Shown here: positions 62,380-64,000 of the stretch, piece after piece
Position numbering within the stretch: the first letter of the stretch is position 1
Layout of the letters: each line of letters begins with the position of its first letter
Assembly: GCF_001724135.1 (NCBI RefSeq)
Contig: NZ_MEDS01000003.1
Span: 35,140-99,139, forward strand
DNA: 64,000 nucleotides
Direction of reading: 5' to 3'
Source of the DNA: Comamonas sp. SCN 65-56
Lineage (GTDB): Bacteria; Pseudomonadota; Gammaproteobacteria; Burkholderiales; Burkholderiaceae_C
Program-made: the position numbers and the translations under genes
The notes under the pieces: generated by a model
What the model saw: only the letters and a program-made list of their open reading frames with translations
What the model was told of the DNA's origin: nothing
The model's database searches: none

Positions 62380-62982
62380 TCAGGCCCCAAAGCTGAGCGC
62401 GCTCGCCGGCAGCGGGCGGCCCAGCGCGTTGTTGAGCAGCGTCCAGTGCAGGGTTTCGTCGCAGGCCACGCGGCCGGCGACTTTGGCGAGCTGGGTGTCC
62501 TTGAAGGCTGGAATCACGCCCAGATACGCATTGGTGGCGCCCAGCTCCAGCCGTGCCGCCAGGTCCAGCACGTCGTTTTGCGACTTGAGCTTGGCGGCAT
62601 CCAGGGCCTTCGCGTACTCCTGCAGCGTCAGCGCTGGTGCCGGGGTGCCGCCCAGCTTGCGGATGGTGGACTCCAGCACATCGCGGTGCGCCTTGTGGTC
62701 GGACTGAAAGCGCACCGCCAGCGCGAGCACCGGCTTTTGCAGCAGGCCGCTTTCGGCGCCAAGCTGGTAGGCGTTGATGGCCTCATATTCCAGCGCCAGC
62801 GCTACGTTCAGAATGTGCGCATCCGATTCGCTGTTGGCGTCCATGGCTTGCGCCCGGCTGGGCACGCCGGCCAGCATCATGACGGCGCCAGCCGACAGCA
62901 TGCCCACTCCTTTGAGCAGGCCGCGCCGCTGCGGCACGAACAGGTTGCTGGTTACCAGTTGCGGGGTTGAAGACGGGGTCAT
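62380..62982 (-). CDS. Tat-exported ferritin-like domain protein
   Basis: Start at MTPSSTPQLVTSNLFVPQRRGLLKGVGMLSAGAVMMLAGVPSRAQA; ferritin-like helices (ALALEYEAINAYQ, LELGATNAYLG); listed ORF extends to 63273. Confidence 0.7.
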   Translation of the reverse strand: MTPSSTPQLVTSNLFVPQRRGLLKGVGMLSAGAVMMLAGVPSRAQAMDANSESDAHILNVALALEYEAINAYQLGAESGLLQKPVLALAVRFQSDHKAHRDVLESTIRKLGGTPAPALTLQEYAKALDAAKLKSQNDVLDLAARLELGATNAYLGVIPAFKDTQLAKVAGRVACDETLHWTLLNNALGRPLPASALSFGA

Positions 62983-63083
62983 GGCAATCTCCTGACAGTT
63001 TCGTTGAAGGACGGTGAACGCCGCTTTTCGGCGCACCACCCTCTTGTACGAAGGCCTTGGAGATTTGGATGCAGCCGGCTCGA

Positions 63084-63782
63084 TCAGCTTTGCAACTTGC
63101 CCAGCGCCAAGATCGGGCCTGTGGGCTGGCCGGTGGGCGAGCCGCCCGCCGGCTCCAGGCTGACGGCATACGCGGCAACGCCGCGCTGCAAACCGCTGCG
63201 CTGCACGATGGTGGCCTGCTGCGGCGACACCAGGCCCAGCGAGCGGGGTGCGCCGTCGCCCGGAACGGCCCATAGTTCGAGCGCCTGGCGGCTGGCATCA
63301 AGCGCCACCGGGCCCATCGGTTTCAGGACCAGCGCGCTGCCATCGGCACTGACGCTGGCGACAAAGCTGGCCGGGATGGCGTCGGCTCCGGCTTGCGCGT
63401 TGGCCGCCAGCACCACCACGGTGGGGGCCTGCTGCGGCTGCACAAGGACCAGCGCGAGGGCCAGCGCCGCCACGGTGGCCAGGCCTGCCGCGCCTTGCCA
63501 AAGGCCCAGGCGCTGCCACCACCCCACGTGCTGTGGGGCCGGCTGAACCGCAGGCGCAAACAGGCGCTGCTCGATGCGCGTCCACACGACGGGCGAAGGC
63601 GGCGCGGGCGGCACGGCACCGGCCAGCGGCATCAGCCGTGCCTGCCAGTCGCGCGTGGCGTCGCGCAGCACCGGGTGCGCGGCCAGCAGGGACTCAAAGC
63701 GCCGGCGTGCGCCACCGCGCAAGGTGCCCAGGGCGTATTCGGCGGCCAGACGGTCGGCCAGGTCGGGGCGGCTGTAGTCCAT
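63084..63782 (-). CDS. anti-sigma factor (RskA-like: N-terminal anti-sigma helix, one TM, periplasmic domain)
   Basis: 232 aa; LAAEYALGTL motif, TM WQGAAGLATVAALALALVLV; ATG directly follows the sigma-factor stop (TAAATG). Confidence 0.8.
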   Translation of the reverse strand: MDYSRPDLADRLAAEYALGTLRGGARRRFESLLAAHPVLRDATRDWQARLMPLAGAVPPAPPSPVVWTRIEQRLFAPAVQPAPQHVGWWQRLGLWQGAAGLATVAALALALVLVQPQQAPTVVVLAANAQAGADAIPASFVASVSADGSALVLKPMGPVALDASRQALELWAVPGDGAPRSLGLVSPQQATIVQRSGLQRGVAAYAVSLEPAGGSPTGQPTGPILALGKLQS

Positions 63783-64000
63783 TTACGCCGGGGCTTGCGC
63801 AGCCCGCTCCAGACAGGTTTTGAGCGCCTGCAGGCCACGGCGCAGCCAGCTTTTGACGGTGCCCAGCGGCTGGCGCAGGTGCGCGGCCACCTCACCGTGC
63901 GACAGGCCCTGGTAGAACGCCAGCGCTAGGCTTTGCTGCTGCTCGCCAGTCAATTCCCCCAGGCAGATTTTGAGCGCGCGCGCCTCGCCGGCGCTGGCCA
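63783..64000 (-). CDS. ECF-type RNA polymerase sigma factor, C-terminal part (N-terminus outside window)
   Basis: Own translation of minus strand: ASAGEARALKICLGELTGEQQQSLALAFYQGLSHGEVAAHLRQPLGTVKSWLRRGLQALKTCLERAAQAPA; sigma-70 region 4 HTH; not in ORF track because it has no start in the window. Confidence 0.85.
   Translation of the reverse strand, partial: ASAGEARALKICLGELTGEQQQSLALAFYQGLSHGEVAAHLRQPLGTVKSWLRRGLQALKTCLERAAQAPA

Overview
High-GC chromosomal segment whose gene content and order fit a betaproteobacterium, probably Burkholderiales/Comamonadaceae (inferred from synteny and from a dispersed intergenic repeat I associate with that family). I count about 80 protein genes and one tRNA-Thr(UGU). 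Most of it is core housekeeping: hemA-prfA-prmC-grxD, argJ-secA, sspAB, cytochrome bc1 (petABC), mscL, pdxA, tatABC, murA followed by a complete histidine operon (hisGDCBHAFIE), the mlaFEDACB operon, speD/speE and icd. The accessory or unusual content is: (1) an SBP56/methanethiol-oxidase-like gene with start-stop overlaps to SCO1/SenC and a MauG-like dihaem peroxidase, followed by a bicupin and glutathione-dependent formaldehyde dehydrogenase, and facing a periplasmic rhodanese-YeeE operon; (2) three interruptions of the his operon: vapBC between hisG and hisD, a cupin/outer-membrane barrel/AraC/truncated Yip1 island between hisD and hisC, and an opposite-strand HD-GYP gene between hisA and hisF; (3) a PAS-GGDEF gene whose start overlaps the mlaB stop; (4) a solitary MmeI-family (Type IIL) restriction-modification fusion gene that carries two different intergenic-type repeat elements in frame; (5) a small overlapped two-ORF cassette of unknown function in a decayed spacer; (6) at least three short repeat families. 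I saw no rRNA, CRISPR array, transposase, integrase or prophage genes. Many long listed ORFs are antisense or out-of-frame artefacts of the high GC content. All similarity calls are from memory and no searches were run.
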